DNA from: Pirellulales bacterium
GTDB lineage: Bacteria; Planctomycetota; Planctomycetia; Pirellulales; Pirellulaceae
Length of the DNA: 64,000 bases
Reading direction: 5' to 3'
Assembly (NCBI GenBank): GCA_046349795.1
Contig: JAXMBP010000023.1
Span: forward strand, 4,023 to 68,022
Shown: positions 62,381 to 64,000 of the stretch, piece by piece
Layout: the number at the start of each line of letters is the position of its first letter
Position numbering within the stretch: the stretch's first letter is position 1
The notes under the pieces: generated by a model
Databases searched by the model: none
What the model was told of the DNA's origin: nothing
The model's input: only the letters and a program-made list of their open reading frames with translations
Translations under genes and position numbers: made by a program

Positions 62381-64000
62381 TTAGTCCACGAAGGCAAATT
62401 CATTGGATAACATCAGCACTTGGCCCAACTGTTCGAGTCTCGACAGTGGTTGTTCAGCAGGGCCAAAAAAGTCTCGCTGAGCGTCCCATAAAGACACGGA
62501 AGCTGAAGAGGCTTCCGATGTCTTCGTTGATTCAACTTTGGCGACCTGATTTGAAGCATCTACTCGCTCGATCTTCGGAGCCCACAAAAACTGATCATGG
62601 CTAAGTTCGGCCAAGATATCGACAACAAAATCGATCGTATCGCCGGGCTGAACTTGGATTGCATCGACGTTCAGCTCTTGCTGCGTGGCTTTGAGCTTGG
62701 CTTCAGCAAGCAAACCTTGGCGGCTCGAGAGAATTCTTGCGCGAATTCCATCGGAGACATCCGGCTCATGCTTGAGCAACGAGCGAATATGGATCGACAT
62801 TGCTTCGCTGGCGGTCCATCGACGAATGCAGACGTGCTTAAGATCATTTCCGGATGCTCGACGGCCGTCAATTGGACCCAACCCAACTTTCCATCTGGAA
62901 AAGCGGCTCCACCTTGCCAACTGCTACCTGTGAAATAGGGCAATGCCTTGAATGACTTTAGTTTGCCCGTCATATCATCAACTTCACCAAAACCGTAGCT
63001 CCAAGCAAATGACTGTTTCGTTGGCTGATTGTCGCTAATCTGTTCCGGAAGTTTCAAGAAACCGATCGCTTCCAACAGCTCGATGTCGGAAGGTTCACGT
63101 CGAAGCACTTTGTTGTAAATGCATTTGACGAACTGTTGCAATTGAAGTTCACTTAAACGCGCTAGAGAATCCAGCGAAACATCCTTAGGAAGCCCCTCCA
63201 ATTTGTTACAAAGCGACTTGGCCCTTGCCGCCAGGAACGAACTGTTCAGGAAATAGAGTGATTGCTGCGGAACTTGTGTTTCACTACGACGGCCAACGTG
63301 CAGATCGGGATTTGCGAAGTCGAAAACGCGCAGCGTCGAAGGCAAAAATTGGCGATCAATCAAGCCGTAGACCGTTCGACGTTTGTTCGAATCGTCTTTG
63401 GAAAACATCTCCTTTGCCTTGCCACCAGGTTGCAAGTTTAGATCATCACTGGCGGCCAACAACGAGTCTCGTAACTCTTCAAATCGGAGCTTTCGAACAT
63501 TCATCCTCCATAACATTCGATTGTCAGGATCAACCTGCTGAAATTTTTCAGCCAATGCTCCCGTGGGATGGCTGGACTGTCGAAAGGTTGATGACAAAAA
63601 CATCTGTCGCTGAATAGCCTTGCTACTCCAACCATGAGAAACGAATTGATCCGCCAGCCAATCCAACAGCTCAGGGTGACTCGGAGGCTGTGCTCGCAAG
63701 CCGAAGTCGCTGGGGGTAGTTACTAAAGCTTGGCCGAAGTGGTGCTGCCACAGCCGATTAACCCAAACTCGAGCTGTTAGTGGATTGTTGGGATCAACGA
63801 TCTTTTGAGCCAATTCCATTCGTCCGCTTCCCGAAGAGAACGGTTGAGGAGGTTCTGTCGAGAATAGCGACAAAAAGTGCCGAGAGATGCGTTGACCTTT
63901 GTTGGCTGGATTGCCGCGACGAAACACGCGTGGATCGATCAAAGTTGCACGATCGAAAACTGCCACTGCAACATTTGGCGCTGCGTCCGACTTTAACCTC
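62381..64000 (-). CDS. DUF1553 (PSD1) domain protein, 5' part outside the window; indel at ~62825
   Basis: SGRMELA, NPLTARVWVNRLWQHHFG, PSHPELLDWLA, VPQQSLYFLNS; the C-terminus LMLSNEFAFVD is in ORF 62381-62920. Confidence 0.88.

Overview
Chromosomal window from a Planctomycete, probably Pirellulaceae-like. The markers are DUF1559, two DUF1501 + PSCyt/PSD1 cytochrome modules, a sulfatase, Uma2, and ECF sigma/FecR. Most of the window is housekeeping: udk, queF/queE, yebC, nusA-infB-rbfA, a U32/RlhA-like gene, mutM, ctaA/ctaB, prfB with its programmed +1 frameshift, argH and tRNA-Leu(GAG). Two accessory loci stand out. (1) An apparently AT-richer three-gene island lies between queE and yebC (~14.1-19.3 kb). 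Gene 1, reconstructed across indels, reads as a tandem CAP12/Pycsar-type TIR-TIR protein: TIR1 keeps the catalytic Glu, TIR2 has Ala there. It is followed by a coupled 157-aa protein and a 1057-aa protein with an HExxH...E gluzincin motif. This is a candidate undescribed defence/conflict system. (2) A minimal type VII secretion-like operon (three WXG100-like genes plus one EccC/EssC-like FtsK ATPase) sits in a diderm bacterium. Several local zones have dense indels that break conserved genes, probably assembly errors, so pseudogene calls there are unreliable. All family assignments come from motif recognition by eye; no database search was run.
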